The position numbers and the translations under genes were made by a program. The notes beneath the pieces are model-generated. The model was not told where the DNA came from. It saw only the letters and a program-made list of their open reading frames with translations, and made no database searches. From NCBI GenBank assembly GCA_002591725.1, contig NJAL01000006.1:80057-144056 (forward strand): DNA of 64,000 nt. The letters run 5' to 3'. Source of the DNA: Candidatus Didemnitutus mandela. Lineage in GTDB: Bacteria > Verrucomicrobiota > Verrucomicrobiia > Opitutales > Opitutaceae. Shown one piece after another: positions 11,230 through 23,285 of the stretch (its first letter is position 1; every line of letters begins with the position of its first letter).

Positions 11230-13080
11230 GCAGTTGCGAGCTATGCCGACGGCAGCGGAAAAACACCAATGCCGCAACCAGCAACCATACCGCTATACAA
11301 TCCGGTGGCCCTTGCCTGCTATTCAGACAGTAACATCAGACAGCAACATTTTCAATTTCGAGAGGGGAGAACGAACCACCCGAAAGCTCACCCCCGATGG
11401 GCTGCTTTACATCGTCGCAAATATTTACCAAATTTACGCGAACCAAGCTGATAGGTCTCCCGGGGGTTTATTCAACCGGCCAGAGTTGCTCGTAATGCCT
11501 CGCAATAATTTTTATCAGCAACAGCGTCACCTGTTGCATCCAAAATTTTTCGGATAGCTATGGCCGTAGGCGGCACAATGTGCCGACACCGACAACGCTG
11601 GTAAAAATGCCACCTTTAATAGTCCGCACGGTCTCGCACTAGATTAAAAATTTGGTAATGTATACGTCACCGATCCCCAAATAACACACTTCGCAAACTG
11701 ACTCCAGCCAGCGTTGTGCCCGCCGATCGCTAGACTCTCCGTTTTTTAAACCGCAAAATTTCTCGATGGACAAGACAGCCAGTCAGTTCGCCTACTCTGG
11801 CCATCCTGGTGGCCTAGCGACTCGTTGCGTGGACAACATTTACGTTGCCGACACTAATATATCGCCGCATTCGCGAAACCGCCGCTGGGGCGAAATCGTC
11901 GCCACCACCGCAAACAATGTCCCCTGGACTAGCCGACTGGAAGGTAAGTTCAGCCACCTTCGGCTTCCCTCACCAGCCTCGTACGGGACAACGTCGGCAA
12001 CCTTTTTTGTCTTTTACGTCATCCGAAAAATCTCTCCCGCAGGCCTGGTCAACCACCACTGCGGAATCGCCTACCGCACTCGCCCGCTTCGATAGCACTG
12101 GCGACAATGCTCGCTTCGCTGCCAGTCTGAGTCTGGCAGCAAACGTAGTTAGCACCCTCTGTACCGCCGATCACACCAATTTCATGATTCGCCAAAATAT
12201 CCCTATGGGGTTGAATTACTCTGTAACCACGCTGGTCGTTCCCGCAGGCAACAGTGGCGCTAACGATACCCTCAGCAATCAAGTCCGTTTCTAAACGCCG
12301 AGCAGCATCGGTATGCTCGCCCTCGGGCCCCCCCTACCTTCACACCACCGCCACAAATAGTCACACGATCCAGCAAATCGCTCCTGTAGGAGCCATGACT
12401 ACATTTTCTGGGAAAGCCGGAGCAAGGCAAGCAGCCGATGGAACCGACACCAAAGCGTGCTTTAATCTGCCTGATTGGATCGACGCCGACTCCCTGAGGA
12501 ACACCTACATAAACGAAACCGGCAACTAGCTAATCCGCAAAATTGCCACTGCAAGCAATGTAATCACTCTCGGCAAAGTTGCTGGTTCCACCGGTTCAGC
12601 CGATAGAACCGCAAATAGATGTTTCCACTCGCCTTATAACATCGCCGTCGACCCACAGGAAGGTTCTTTTCATTTTCACCGTCGGTTCGTCCTCTGCAGG
12701 AACGAGCACCATCCATCCCGGAAAAGTAGTTTTGTAACTCCAATTATTCTGATGCAACCGCAGGATATATCCTGCCAGCACCAGCGCCACCAGCCCAATT
12801 CAACGTCGTCGTAGACGGGAAAAAACTTTCTTCTCGGTAGTTCTTCGAAGGTTCGCTGATCGTCTGCCACCGCAAAAGAACCTAGCGCTGGCCAGTGCCC
12901 ATGGCCGGTCAGCTATGCCGTGCGCATAACAAGCACCGGAAGCAGCATCGCAAGCACAACTGTTGCTTTCACTACCAGAAGCCCCCCGCCTCCATCAAGC
13001 AGCATTGGCGGCGGAGTCAGCTTCTGGTCTTAAACCAGGCTCCTCTTAATCATATTTTTCCGTCTTCCAAGATACCGGCT
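11230..13080 (+). pseudogene. NHL-repeat surface protein remnant
   Basis: Repeated NHL fragments in shifting frames: GNVYVTD, DNIYVADTN, YVIRKISPAGLV, DSTGDNARF, ADGTDTKACFNLP, NETGN*LIRKI. Confidence 0.75.
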
Positions 13081-13164
13081 ACCATACCGCCATAACCTTA
13101 GAACCTTGTTACTCTATAAAACTCTTCCTACCTTATGCAAAAATAGCTTTACCTCAACGAAACG

Positions 13165-15591
13165 GTGACTTCAAAATTTTCATCTCGCCGCATGCTTCGC
13201 CTCCTTCTTCCACCCAATTTTGCTGCCGCCGCCATGCGCGACGCAATCCCATTGCGGGTAGAAATCAACCTCCAGAAGGAACCATCTGCCCGGGTTTTGC
13301 CAGCACTAGCCACCCTTCAGCAGCTAGGCGTCAAGCCAGCGCCTGTCACGCTTCTACAGGTAAAACGTTCTCAGTTGCGCGAGCTCGTGGGCGTGCTATT
13401 GCAAGAGCCAGTTTTTTACTGGGTCAGCAAGCCGGTCGCTTCCCTGCCTTGGAACGGTATCAACTTACCTGGTGTTAGCGAGCATCTCGCGGAAAAAGCC
13501 ACGCCCGCAGCAGCTCCTCTCGCCACGAAGTCCCCCGTTTCACCTGAGCTGCCCAACGACGACTACACACCGATGACCGTCGACGGTTCCGAGCATTTCC
13601 TCGCAATTACACTGCCGTCCCGCAGCTCAGTGGTGCACGAGCCCGCACTCGAGTTTTTAAGAAGCAACCGCTTTATTCTCGACCCAGTTTCGCGCAAGTG
13701 GTGGCTGCGCGATCGACACAAGGTGCTCAACATCCTGGCCACCCACCGCGTTGAGTTAAGCGAACGTTTCCGTGCCAAATTTACCACCAATTTTAAAAAA
13801 AATACCGAAAACATTCAGACCGCCAAAATTTCTGCGGAAGTGAGGGAGAAAAACGAAGGTTACAACGTCTCCCTCGGCCTTCAAGCCGGTCGCGCCACAG
13901 AAGCCCAGATCCACGAAGCGGTCGCCACCGGGCGCTGCTATATCGAGGACGGCAAATCGATTTACCTGATCGACCGCGCCCGCCTCATACAGCTTGAAGC
14001 TGCACACAGTGCGCTTGCCAACGAGCCGGGCGCCGGCAGAGCCGGGCGCCATCACAGCGTGCCAAGATCCCGGGCGCCCGAGGTCAATGATTTGCTCGAA
14101 AACCTTGCACCCCATTTTCAGGCACCGGAAACCTGGCGCGAGCGCAGCGCTGCGCTCCATCAGCTTAGCACGCTCATCCCAGCGCCCATTCCGGCTAGCT
14201 TCAATGCACAGCTCCGCCCTTATCAACAGCTCGGTACTGCATGGCTGTGGTATCTTTACCGCCACGACCTCGGCGGAATTCTCGCCGACGAAATGGGTTT
14301 GGGGAAAACACTTCAAGCCCTTGCCTTGATAGCAGCCGCCACCGCGTCCCGCCACCCCAGTTCCGTTCGAAAGCCAAACCTCGTGCTCGCGCCAGCGTCG
14401 TTAATAGAAAACTGGCGGCGCGAATCCACCCGCTTCGCACCCGACTTACGTCTCTTCGTGCATCACGGTTCCCACCGGCTCCTCCGTGACGATTTCGCGG
14501 CACACGATCTCGTGCTCACCTCCTACGGCACCTTGGCCCGCGACACAGAGCTCTTCGGTGAAGCCACCTTCGATATCATCCTTGCAGATGAGGCCCAACA
14601 CCTAAAAAACCGCCGCACGCAGGCCTCACAATCGCTCCGTTCGTTGCACGGGGCCGGTCGCTTCCTACTAACAGGAACGCCACTTGAGAACTCGCTCGAT
14701 GATCTCCGCTCCCTCTTTGAGTTCTTCATGCCCGGCTTTTTGGCACAGTTGCCGGCTGGCCTGAAACACGAAGAACGCAACTTCTACGACGAACGCATTC
14801 GCGTGCAAACTGCACCCTATATCCTGCGCCGGACTAAAACCTCCGTCGCCCCTGAATTGCCGAAAAAAATCGAGCAAGTCGTCTATTGCGAGCCTACTGC
14901 CGCCCAAGCAGCGCGCTATCGCTCATTCCAGGAACAGTCTGAACGCGAATTGACCGGCCTCGCCGCACAAGGCGCGTCCGAAAACAAACTCCGTCTCGCT
15001 ACGCTCACGCAACTCCTTCGTTTGCGCCAGCTCTGCTGCGATCCACGCCTTATCGCAACCCAAGCCTCCGCCGATGAATCCGCCAAACTCGATGCGTTTC
15101 GCGAACTCCTCGCCGAATCGCTCGACGAAGGCCATCGGATGCTGGTGTGCTCGCAGTTCACCTCGCTTCTCGCTCTTCTGCGGGCGGAGCTAGAAGAACA
15201 AGGCGTTGAATTTTGTTATCTCGACGGCTCGATGACGCTCAAGGCCCGTCAAGCGCAAGTAGACCGCTTTCAAGGCGAGGACACCATCTCAGTTTTTCTC
15301 ATTTCCCTCAAGGCGGGCGGCATCGGCCTGAATCTCACGGGTGCCAACATCGTCGTGCATTACGACCCTTGGTGGAATCCCGCCGCTGAGGCGCAAGCCA
15401 CAGATCGCGCCCACCGCCTTGGCCAGACTCGCATCGTGACCTGCTACCGTCTCATCTGTTCCGGAACCGTAGAGGAAAAAGTACTGGCACTTCAGGAAAA
15501 AAAGCGCGCGCTCCTTGCCAATGTTTTCGAAACAAGTGACGCAGCCGCCGCCCAACTCAATCTGAACGATTTGCGCGAACTTCTCCGCTAA
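13165..15591 (+). CDS. SNF2/SWI2-family DNA translocase
   Basis: GGILADEMGLGKT, DEAQ, LLTGTPLEN, LISLKAGGIGLNL, WWNPAAEAQATDRAHRLGQ; intact 808-aa ORF. Confidence 0.93.
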   Translation: MTSKFSSRRMLRLLLPPNFAAAAMRDAIPLRVEINLQKEPSARVLPALATLQQLGVKPAPVTLLQVKRSQLRELVGVLLQEPVFYWVSKPVASLPWNGINLPGVSEHLAEKATPAAAPLATKSPVSPELPNDDYTPMTVDGSEHFLAITLPSRSSVVHEPALEFLRSNRFILDPVSRKWWLRDRHKVLNILATHRVELSERFRAKFTTNFKKNTENIQTAKISAEVREKNEGYNVSLGLQAGRATEAQIHEAVATGRCYIEDGKSIYLIDRARLIQLEAAHSALANEPGAGRAGRHHSVPRSRAPEVNDLLENLAPHFQAPETWRERSAALHQLSTLIPAPIPASFNAQLRPYQQLGTAWLWYLYRHDLGGILADEMGLGKTLQALALIAAATASRHPSSVRKPNLVLAPASLIENWRRESTRFAPDLRLFVHHGSHRLLRDDFAAHDLVLTSYGTLARDTELFGEATFDIILADEAQHLKNRRTQASQSLRSLHGAGRFLLTGTPLENSLDDLRSLFEFFMPGFLAQLPAGLKHEERNFYDERIRVQTAPYILRRTKTSVAPELPKKIEQVVYCEPTAAQAARYRSFQEQSERELTGLAAQGASENKLRLATLTQLLRLRQLCCDPRLIATQASADESAKLDAFRELLAESLDEGHRMLVCSQFTSLLALLRAELEEQGVEFCYLDGSMTLKARQAQVDRFQGEDTISVFLISLKAGGIGLNLTGANIVVHYDPWWNPAAEAQATDRAHRLGQTRIVTCYRLICSGTVEEKVLALQEKKRALLANVFETSDAAAAQLNLNDLRELLR

Positions 15592-15968
15592 CGAAATTCT
15601 CCCCTGGAGGGGAACACCCACCGTGCGGCCCTGGTAATATCCAACTCCGTTTTTACCGCAGTACGGGAAAATGCTAAAGATATGAAATCTGCACACGTAG
15701 CAAAAAGCGCCATACGGATTGATCCGACAAAACGCGTTCACACTCGAACATCTTTTCGCCAAGCTCCTATGCGGCCAGCTTCATCAATATTTTGACCAGA
15801 AACTTCGAAACCGCTCACCTACCAAGCGGAGAGCAAGCATGATGGCGCGCAGTGCTTCCGCGTAGAGCTACGCGCCACCTGATAAATCTTGCGCATCAGG
15901 ATTGTCTCTACTCGCGCGCCTTGCACGGACTCATAGACATGAGCCTCCACCGCGGCTAAGCTAGTTTT

Positions 15969-16240
15969 ATGGTTTTAAGACTTCCCATCCTTTACGTAAA
16001 AACCAGCTGCCCGTGGTAACCAATTTGATTTCGTTTCTAGAAAATGTCGGCATCAGCTATTGTAAAAAAGGTAAACAAAAATACCTCAGTGCTCCAGCAG
16101 AGATGAACAAAAGTCAAAAAAACTAAGCTAGCGCTACCGTACCCACGTTTGACTAGAACAAAAAATTTTGTGCAGATTTTAGTATGGAGCAAATAAAATT
16201 GTTTTTACTACAATAAGACGTTTGTTTGGCAAATAGCTGA
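15969..16240 (+). pseudogene. Glutaredoxin-family protein remnant
   Basis: MVLRLPILYVKTSCPW* (second Cys of the CPWC motif lost), SFLENVGISY, TVPTFD*NKKFCADF. Confidence 0.7.
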
Positions 16241-16259
16241 GAACTCAGGTTCGATCTAC

Positions 16260-17050
16260 CTCCGCAGCGAAATTTTCGTTCACGACCCCAAAAGATGTTA
16301 ACACGGATCTTCGCCTCAAGCTCTTCGCCAAACCAAGGTGCTCTCTCGCCGGGAAAGCCTACGTCCACACTCTCGGGCAGCCGCTTTCCACACTGTCGGA
16401 CCAGCCTCCCCAACTATCGGCCATTACAGAGGCTCTCCAACAAAGCAGTCGCACCTACACTTACACTTATAGGCCGCTGACACCAAAGCTTATCCGCATC
16501 TTCGGCGCCAATAGAGAAATTACCGTCCACTTTCCCGTAAACATCGCACGCAATGTCAAAAAACGTCCGGTCAGCGGGCTGCACACCACGGCAGTCATCC
16601 CCAAACCAAACTACACGTCCGATCCTGCCAACCTTCCCAAATCGCCCAAATTTTAAAACCCCGGAAGCCGACTCGCTATTCCGTCTGGCCGGGACAATCC
16701 CATGGAAATAGCGTAGATCAGCCTCGACCGCTCGGGCTACGACGGCATTCACGGCACGCCAGATTTCGAAAAATCGGCCTGCGGAATCGCACGACTCCTT
16801 CCGCCTTCCCCAACTGAGGCGCCATTGTCCTACTTGACATCGCGTGAGTCGGCACATCAGCCGTGGCCAAACTCTAGGTATTGAACCACCGCCAGCAGCA
16901 CGAGCAATAACGGGATAGCCCGCGGCCACAAGGTCCTTAACAGACACTCCCGTGAGTACGAAGACGAAGAGGTTGATGGATTTGGTCACCAATCCCATTC
17001 TTGCCTTCCCGCCAGAAATTTAGGGTTCTCGCCAATACAACGCTTCTAGA
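16260..17050 (-). pseudogene. Possible RlmI/RlmK-like SAM methyltransferase remnant
   Basis: KSINLFVFVLTGV..AAGGG resembles VLNLFAYT..AAAGGA; otherwise heavily eroded. Confidence 0.3.
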
Positions 17051-17949
17051 GCGGTTTTCGTCGCCGTGATCGCAGCGAAAAGCTGCAGCCCAGCCTGTCG
17101 CAACAAATCGACCACATGGATCTACTACACCACAAGTCAGCCTTTCGGCGTGCTCACAAACTTGCTGCTCTCGCTTGCCACAGCCCTTCCGGCGCCGCGC
17201 TCACCTCGATCCCGAAGGTATCACAACAGCAACAAAGACACGGCCAGAACACTTCCTAAGTACCATTCCTGCTGCTAAGAACACTGCGAGTTTAAAATAG
17301 CCCCACGGTACTGCCGCCGATCAACAGCGCCGCCAGCGGATTTGGCCAAGTCATCCAGCCCAAACACTGCCCGTCCGACATCCAGAGGTACGAAGCAAAC
17401 AACACCGAGAAGAGTGCCAGCAGCGGATGCAAGAATTCCATGGTCAAAGTACTTAAATACCTCGCGTCTCACACAAAACAGCATATTGGCCGCCAGCATC
17501 AAGACCGAGCAGTTTCCTTGCAACCACCCCAAGCCGGCCACCACCCAAGACCACGACGGGGAGAAACGCTCCATTAGCCGAAAAATACACCGCGATATTC
17601 CGACTACACGTTCTTCGGCAAGGCATCATCGCTCTGTTACGGGCAGTGCCAGTTGGGCAGGTAGCAATTGTTCGATCTCCATCCTGTAGAATCACCTCGA
17701 CCGCGGTTTCCAGACGGCCGAGACGGGTTGCTATCATCGAATAATCTCAGTCCTAAATTTTTGTTTCACAACCCAAGTGTTTTAGGCATCGAAGGGTTCG
17801 CCCCATCATGGGGCAATCGACGTCCAGTCCTGGCAGCAAGCAGCAAGCCGAGCGGTATTAAAGCTCCAGGATAGTCGTAACGGCTTTCGACACCTTTCCA
17901 CGTGGTATGGCTGCGATTCGAGCGCAGCTTATTTTAGATCCTTCAGCTG

Positions 17950-19500
17950 GCGATCACCTTATCTCGCTGTAATTACCTCTGACAGGCAGAGCCACTTTCC
18001 ACCGCTGTTGGGCCAAGACCTAACGTCTAGTTCCAGTAAGCGAGCACAAAGGTAGGATTCTGGCTTGTCGCCTTGTCGTAGACTCACTGTACGATCCATA
18101 GCGACGGCCCGAGCACACAGCAACCGAAGTGCACGTCGAAATGGAGCATCAGCCGCCAGCGCCCCGGGCTCTCTGCAGAACTAGTTCGCGATATTTTGCA
18201 AAGGTCATTGGCGTTGGATACACGCAAACGCAATAAACCAACTCCGCCAGATAGATCGGATATGACTGATTCCAAACAATCAAAACAAAATCTAATGATA
18301 GCGTAAGTTTGATTGCAGAGTCAAAACTGCGGGGAAATAAAATCCGTCTTTCAACTTGCCACTGGCCAAGTCACCTCCCCGACCAGCGTGTCTCTGTATT
18401 TGGCGAGCAGACCGTTCGAATCTCCACGAGCTGACTCTCGAGCTAAAAATGACTCGTGATCACGCCGTGACAGAGATCAAATTTCTGCTTCGGTTCCGCC
18501 GATATAATCAGTCGTTAGAGCTTGGGTATCGGCCTTGATGTAATTAAAACGCAATTTCGTGAGCAAATGGGAATGCAAATTTTTACTTAGCCAGTTGTCG
18601 GCAGACATGGACGCACGGGCGGTATAAAACATCGTGCAAACGACTGTTTCATTGAACGTCTTGCTCGCATTGCATTTAATGCGTAATGTTACGAACTTGG
18701 CCATTGTCTCCCAGGCCTACCGCGCGAGCATCTAGGCGGAAACGCCGTTGTGCTGGTAAAGCAAAGCAAGCGTCTTCAGGCCCGTCACATCGACCGCAAA
18801 TGAAAAACCGTTATTACCGACCGTCAGGAGCGAACCGAAGTTCGGACCTTGCACACCACAACGTCGCAGCGACTCACCAGAGCTTCGCGATCAATCGCTG
18901 CCATACGTAAACAGAAACAGCAATAGAGGTATTAATACCCCAAAAATTCTGTTGTCCGATCAGCTCAAGTCCCGGAACGCTTGTCACGTAAAATAGAAAT
19001 AAAGATTATCCGGTTCGCTCTGCTTCGAGCCCTGAACCGCAAGCCACCTCTTAACCGCGCCATCACACCGCTAAAAACGTCACTACAAAACCGGCCAGCA
19101 AGGGAACAATCATTTTCCGGATCGCCGCTGCTGTCTGGCTGTTGATCGCCACGTTGGCCACAAGTTCCACCAAAAAATCTCCCAGCAGCAACAGCCGACC
19201 CACCCGCTGCAGCGGAGCTATCAATCGCAACACCATCGCCCGATCACATCCGGTTGCCCGCAAAACAAAGGGGTATCTCCGCTAAACAGATCTGGCACGA
19301 TGGTGCGCCCGTTGTCCTGTCCATCCCCGTTATGAAGGTCTTGAACACCACCAGCGGCTTTTTAGCCAAGAATGCGAACAGAAGTTCGACATTGAACAAA
19401 GCCAGCCGCACATCCGGTTGGCGCACGATTAGAATGGCAGCACCAGCAATGATGAGAAATGCGAAATCCAGCTAAATGCGAAATCCAGCTGTATGACCAT
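17950..19500 (-). pseudogene. dcuC: DcuC-family C4-dicarboxylate transporter remnant
   Basis: IVRQPDVRLALF, LRATGCDRAMVLRLIAPLQRV, VANVAINSQTAAAI..IVPLL, C-terminal AVAMDRTVS and LCSLTGT. Confidence 0.6.
19457..19490. repeat. Perfect 17-bp tandem duplication
   Basis: aaatgcgaaatccagct x2. Confidence 0.95.
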
Positions 19501-21651
19501 TAAGTAGAAGACTAACTGTAAGGCTAAAGACGTGTCACACGTTGCAGGAAGTACCGGGGCAGATTTCTAGGAACTTCCGTGCAATAATCTGTGTTTATCG
19601 CAGATGGGATAACGATATTTTCCACCCTGTGGTGGCCTGTGCTAGAATGACGCCATGAAAGCCGGTTCCGGGGACTTCAGCACCGGTATCACCCCAATGT
19701 CCTTCTGGTCATCCTCCCAATCCTGTTCGGCTCGCATCTCGAGTTCCCTCGGTGCGCTAGCAATCGCCTGGCGAGCCTTCAATGACCTCCCCGGACAAAC
19801 ATCAGCTAGGTATCGGCTTTTTTCGCCAAAAAGCCGCCCCGCCTCAGCATTGTGCTGCTGGCCGTGCGGCTAAACCTCTAACTTAGCCTCTATGCCAGTC
19901 AAAAGCTCTGTTGCTCGACTTCGACGTGATCACGAGCAGACTCCTGACCATCAATTGGCTCGGCCTCCGATTTGTCCTTGATCCGGTGCTCGCCTGTCTC
20001 ATCGCCGTGGACAGCTCGATCTGCAGCGGATTCGTCGCGGCAACCGCGACGTCCGACGCTGCGGACGAGCTAGAACGAAGTAGCGCTAGTCATTCCGACG
20101 TGTTTGCTTTTCGACAGAATCTTCATGCTGATCTACACAGCAGCACAACACAACCTAGGCCTCGCGCCCTTTCACTACGAGTTGATGGAGAATTCCATTC
20201 TTAACAAAGTCGCTCAAGTCATGGCGGCTGTAGCCCCTTCCTCAAATCCGCGGGAATCGGCACACCCACAAGGCTAGCACGTACTGTTCTCTTAGTATCG
20301 ACACTCTTTTGTAATGAGCTGGATTTTTGCATATTATGCCAACTGATACGCTGGGAAAATAGTGAAGGATTCCAAGCCCCTAGTTCGGGCTCGACTTTCT
20401 CGCCGTAGGCGTGCCCAACATCGCCTTGTTCCCCACTTTCTACGTAGCCCGCCACGATCGGCCGCACTCTCGACCAGAAGAAAGGCTCTCATGGTCGTCG
20501 TTTTTTATGGGGAAATAGCAGCAATATGGGACTACAGGCACAATTACGCGCCAACGGAATTTGCGCGATGAAGAGAGCGGTGGATGCCGGGCGTTACTGG
20601 ACATACTGTGCGTACAGAAAAGCTGTATGGCAACATTACCCGATACACTGCGTCCCCGCCGGGCGAATCCCAAAGAAAAAAACCTGCGTTAAACTTTTGT
20701 TTCTCATAGGAAACACTGAAGAAATTGCGAGAGCGCTGCTTACACATTATATTAATCTGGAGCTAATCAAGAGACCGAATGGGCCGGTACAAAGTGAAAG
20801 CCAAACGTTTTCCCGACCACAAGATCATGGTCCTCGCCGCGCCTGACCACCCACTTCGGGAAACGCATCTCGCTCCGCCAATCTTGGGCAGACCCCTTGC
20901 GTATTTCGCAAGCCCGGCTTCAGCACAAGGCATATCGTTTAGATCGCGCTGCGCCGGGCGGGACTTAATCCAGAAAATTCTACAGCCGTGCTCGAAAGTG
21001 ATCCCAGCCAAACGACCAAGGGTCTCGTCGAATCGGGCGCCAAAATAGCTTACCTTTTCCAAGTGGCAATTGCGTCACGAACTCGTACGCAATTGCTTGC
21101 TGTAGCTGCCAATCGCTGGGCTCCGCATTACACGCCGCAGGGCCCTGGTGCCGCGCTGGCCATCGCCATAGTGGATGGAGTTGAGCACGTCCACGTCAAT
21201 ACCCGTTTAAAAAGAGCAGCACGCGATGCTCGTCTAAATTTATGAACGTGTCTATGTTAGCCGTGAGTCCGTGCCACGCAAGGTTGGTTAATAGTTGCCT
21301 CGTCGTGCAGCTCTTCCAAAAGCTGGACGCCAATGGTAGGGCTCCAAACCAACCGCCACGCCACCGGACCAACAATCAACCTGCACTGAGCGCACGATCA
21401 ATAAGGTGTCGAAATTGAGTGAGAATCTATCTCACAGTCTCCCCGCTGAAATTCCAATGGCAAAGACACAGTTGTATCCGATTCTGGATACTCCACCCCT
21501 GCACCGAACAAGAGGCGGGATTTCGAAAGGCGATCTGAAGATAAAGTCTGCTAGGCAGCTTCGCCCCCATCATAGAAGCTCAGCTTTACGCCAATCTCCG
21601 AGTTATTGAGCCACCACGCACCCCGGCGCTATCTTCGCCCAACTCCAACGA

Positions 21652-22905
21652 TCAAAGCTGCTTGAACACTAAAGAAGCGTTGTGGCCACCAAACCCGAGG
21701 TTATCGGTCAGCACCGCATTGATTTTGGCCGAGCGCTTGACGTTGGGCACGTAATCCAAATCGCACTCTGGATCGGGCGTCTCGAGATTGATCGTCGGCG
21801 GAATTTCACCAGTTTCCAACGCCTTTACGGAAATCACAGCTTCGACACCGCCGGCTGCGCCAAGCAAATGGCCAGTCATGGACTTCGTGGAACTGACCAT
21901 AACTTTTTTGGCGTAGTCGCCAAAGATCCGCTTGATTGCCAGTGTCTCGAATTTGTCGTTATAGGGTGTCGCGGTACCGTGCGCATTGATGTAGCCGATT
22001 TGTTCCGGACACAGTCCTGCATCTCCAAGTGACCGGCGAATCGCGAGCGAAAGACCTTTGACATCGGGATCAGGCTGCGTGATGTGAAATGCGTCGCAAG
22101 TCGCAGCATAGCCGGCAATCTCGCAATAAATTCGAACGCCGCGAGCGAGAGCATGCTCCAGACTTTCGATTACGATGATGCCAGCCCCTTCACCCATGAT
22201 AAATCCGTCTCGATTGAGGTCGAAAGGTCGACTGGCTTTCTGCGGATTTTCGTTGGCCGTGCTCATGGCCTTCATCGAGCAAAAGCCCGCATATGAAAGG
22301 GGCGTGATAGGGGCCTCCGCACCTCCGCAGATCATCACATCGGCCTCGCCGCTACGGATGATACGCAGCGATTCGCCAATTGCGTGCGCCGAAGTAGAAC
22401 AAGCGCTGACTACACCAAAATTCGGACCGCGAGCGCCAAATTCAATCGCGACCAATCCACCACATATGTTCCCGATCAGTGTCGGGATCATCAAAGGGGA
22501 GGCTTTGCGTGGCCCGCGCTCAATGAGAGCCTTGTGGTGGTTTTCGATTGTCCACATGCCACCTATGCCGGAGCCAATGATGACACCAACCCGATCGGCA
22601 TCCTCCTCGGTAACGATGTCAATCTTAGCATCAGCCATGGCTTGCTTTGCGGCCGCAAAACCAAAGTGGGTGTAACGATCGTTGCGACGCACTTCTTTCG
22701 GGTCCATGTACTGCGACGGGTCCCAGTTACGTACTTCAGCTCCGATCTGGCAAGAGTAGTCTTTCACATCGAAAAACGAGACGCGATCGACGTTGCTCTT
22801 GCCAAGAAGCAAATTGGCCCAAAATTCGGGCACGTTATGGCCAAGCGAAGTCACGACGCCAAGGCCGGTCACGACGGTTTTTTTTTTGGGTGCGCTGATA
22901 TCTAT
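21652..22905 (-). CDS. fabF: Beta-ketoacyl-ACP synthase II
   Basis: VVTGLG, SACSTS (Cys), INAHGTAT, KSMTGHLLGAAG, NLGFGGHN; the frame stays open upstream of the GTG at 22872 to an ATA at 22905. Confidence 0.95.
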   Translation of the reverse strand: MDISAPKKKTVVTGLGVVTSLGHNVPEFWANLLLGKSNVDRVSFFDVKDYSCQIGAEVRNWDPSQYMDPKEVRRNDRYTHFGFAAAKQAMADAKIDIVTEEDADRVGVIIGSGIGGMWTIENHHKALIERGPRKASPLMIPTLIGNICGGLVAIEFGARGPNFGVVSACSTSAHAIGESLRIIRSGEADVMICGGAEAPITPLSYAGFCSMKAMSTANENPQKASRPFDLNRDGFIMGEGAGIIVIESLEHALARGVRIYCEIAGYAATCDAFHITQPDPDVKGLSLAIRRSLGDAGLCPEQIGYINAHGTATPYNDKFETLAIKRIFGDYAKKVMVSSTKSMTGHLLGAAGGVEAVISVKALETGEIPPTINLETPDPECDLDYVPNVKRSAKINAVLTDNLGFGGHNASLVFKQL

Positions 22906-22982
22906 CGGGGAAGCTTTAGACGGAAAAAAGCGTCCTGCCGATCCGCTGTAGCCAGATGGTAGAACGCCCAGGGAAAAGCGAA

Positions 22983-23246
22983 TTACTTATCGGCAGCTTT
23001 TTGCTCGATATAATTGATCACATCACTAACCGTCTGAAGCTTTTCCGCATCGCTTTCTGGGATTTCGCCTTTGATCTCGGTTTTAAATTCTTCCTCGAAC
23101 GCCATGATGAGTTCGACGGTATCAAGCGAGTCGGCGCCAAGATCGTCGATAAAAGAAGCTTCGGTGGTGATCTGTTCTTCGTTAATGTTCAGTTGGTTAA
23201 CGATTATTTGCTTGACGCGTTTTTCGATGGTTTTCTGGTCAGCCAT
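22983..23246 (-). CDS. acpP: Acyl carrier protein
   Basis: [20 protein letters not shown]. Confidence 0.97.
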   Translation of the reverse strand: MADQKTIEKRVKQIIVNQLNINEEQITTEASFIDDLGADSLDTVELIMAFEEEFKTEIKGEIPESDAEKLQTVSDVINYIEQKAADK

Positions 23247-23285
23247 GTGGGGAAAGAGTGGTCGGAAAATAGACTTATCAACAGT

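Noticed and set aside
17060-17900. Possible cyanophycinase or membrane-protein remnant next to dcuC
   Set aside because: Only vague fragments (VVAGLGWLQG, AVFGLDD); it cannot be assigned.
19640-21620. Short ORFs in decayed DNA (also 5570-7900 and 34930-35700)
   Set aside because: They look like pseudogene residue, but I could not recognise any family, so they are not reported as genes.
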